From Candidatus Limnocylindria bacterium (GTDB lineage: Bacteria; Chloroflexota; Limnocylindria; QHBO01): a stretch of DNA of 49,223 nucleotides. Every line of letters starts with the position of its first letter. Position 1 is the stretch's first letter. The stretch lies in the NCBI GenBank assembly GCA_051000335.1, contig JBPCOK010000107.1:1-49223 (forward strand), read 5' to 3'. Below, in pieces: positions 48,478 to 49,223 of the stretch. The translations under genes were made by a program, and so were the position numbers. The notes beneath the pieces were generated by a model, which was not told the origin of the DNA, did no database searches, and saw nothing but the letters and a program-made list of their open reading frames with translations.

Positions 48478-48930
48478 TTAGGGGCGCGCGCCGGCCTCGA
48501 GCAGTCCCACGATGCGCCGGTCGAGCTCCAGGATCCGTTCCTCGAGCTTCGCGACGTGCTCGAGAATCGCCCGGTTCCCGAGCAGCAGCTCCTCGTTCTG
48601 ACGCTCCTCGACATCGGATTGCGTCGCTGCGTGTTCCAGCGTCATCCGATCGCGTCGCGCCGCGCGGTTCCCGGCCAGCAGGATGAGCGGCGCCGCGTAG
48701 GCCGCCTGGGTGGAGAACGCGAGGTTGAGGAGGATGAACGGGAACGGGTCGAAGCTCACGTTCAGCAGGTGATAGACGTTCGTGCCGACCCACATCAGCA
48801 CGATCACCGTCTGGATGACGATGAACGTCCAGCTGCCCATGAAGCCGGTCACGCGGTCGGCGATGCGGGCGCCGAGTGGCGCGTCGACCACGAGCTCACG
48901 ATTCACCGGATGCCGAAATTCGTCCGCCAT
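48478..48930 (-). CDS. DUF1003 membrane protein
   Basis: GSWTFIVIQTVIVLMWV..DPFPFILLNLAFSTQAAYAAPLILL is the DUF1003 signature. The start ATG 48930 follows GGAG; the track ORF start at 49215 is an extension over the purB start. Confidence 0.8.
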   Translation of the reverse strand: MADEFRHPVNRELVVDAPLGARIADRVTGFMGSWTFIVIQTVIVLMWVGTNVYHLLNVSFDPFPFILLNLAFSTQAAYAAPLILLAGNRAARRDRMTLEHAATQSDVEERQNEELLLGNRAILEHVAKLEERILELDRRIVGLLEAGARP

Positions 48931-49008
48931 GTCGCTCCTCATCAGCCGTGGGTGGCGGCATCGTAGGGCATCCCTGCGACCGGACGCCGTCGCCGGTATG
49001 CTCGGCCC

Positions 49009-49223
49009 GTGATCGATCGCTACGCGCTTCCCGAGCTGCTCGAGATCTTCGGCGAGACGCGCAAGCTCGAGCTCTGGCTGCGCATCGAGCTGCTGACCGT
49101 CGAGGCGCTGCACGAGGCCGGCGTGGTGCCGACCGCCGACTGGGAGCGCATCCGCAACGCCGCCACCTCGGTGGATCCCGGACGCGCCCGGGAGATCGAG
49201 CGCGAGTCGCAGCATGACGTGAT
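49009..49223 (+). CDS. purB: Adenylosuccinate lyase, N-terminal fragment (3' end beyond the window)
   Basis: This gene is not in the ORF track because it has no stop in the window. My own translation from GTG 49009 gives VIDRYALPELLEIFGETRKLELWLRIELLTVEALHEAGVVP..REIERESQHDV. This matches the PurB N-terminus (..RY..PEM..IW....K...WL.VE......E.G.IP; ..E....HDV). Confidence 0.8.
   Translation, partial: MIDRYALPELLEIFGETRKLELWLRIELLTVEALHEAGVVPTADWERIRNAATSVDPGRAREIERESQHDV

Overview
Very GC-rich chromosomal segment, with third codon positions almost all G/C. Gene content suggests a high-GC Terrabacteria lineage (Actinomycetota- or Chloroflexota-like): GuaB3, UPF0182, an F420-type LLM oxidoreductase, Cheo-type LexA boxes and an FMN-riboswitch ABC importer. 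I support about 45 protein genes. I found no rRNA, tRNA, CRISPR array, transposase or integrase.

Most genes are housekeeping:
- Translation and replication: argS, rsmI, rplI, dnaB.
- Purine and folate metabolism: purA, guaB3-like, guaA, purD, purE, purB and folD, interspersed with unrelated genes.
- Histidine catabolism, dispersed: hutH, a GNAT-like gene, hutU and a SIS gene, plus an FtcD-type formimidoyltransferase and a cyclodeaminase.

Five regions deserve a second look:
1. An rsmI / m7G1405-type (aminoglycoside-resistance family) 16S rRNA methyltransferase / divergent TGT operon, joined by overlapping stop and start codons.
2. An SOS island on the minus strand. lexA, an AlkZ/YcaQ-like glycosylase and dinB look like one operon. 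They are followed by an 87-aa ORF with its own sigma-70-like promoter and two LexA boxes.
3. A second AlkZ-like gene in an operon with SnoaL-like and MBL genes, behind three copies of an AT-cored palindrome.
4. An FMN riboswitch with an SD-sequestering helix in front of a ThiXYZ-like ABC importer.
5. Two paralogous secreted proteins with an LPDTA C-terminal sorting signal next to an ECF sigma/anti-sigma pair.

Many long ORFs in the six-frame track are antisense or shadow artefacts of the high GC content. Several real genes start well inside their maximal ORF; the corrected starts are given in the feature list.
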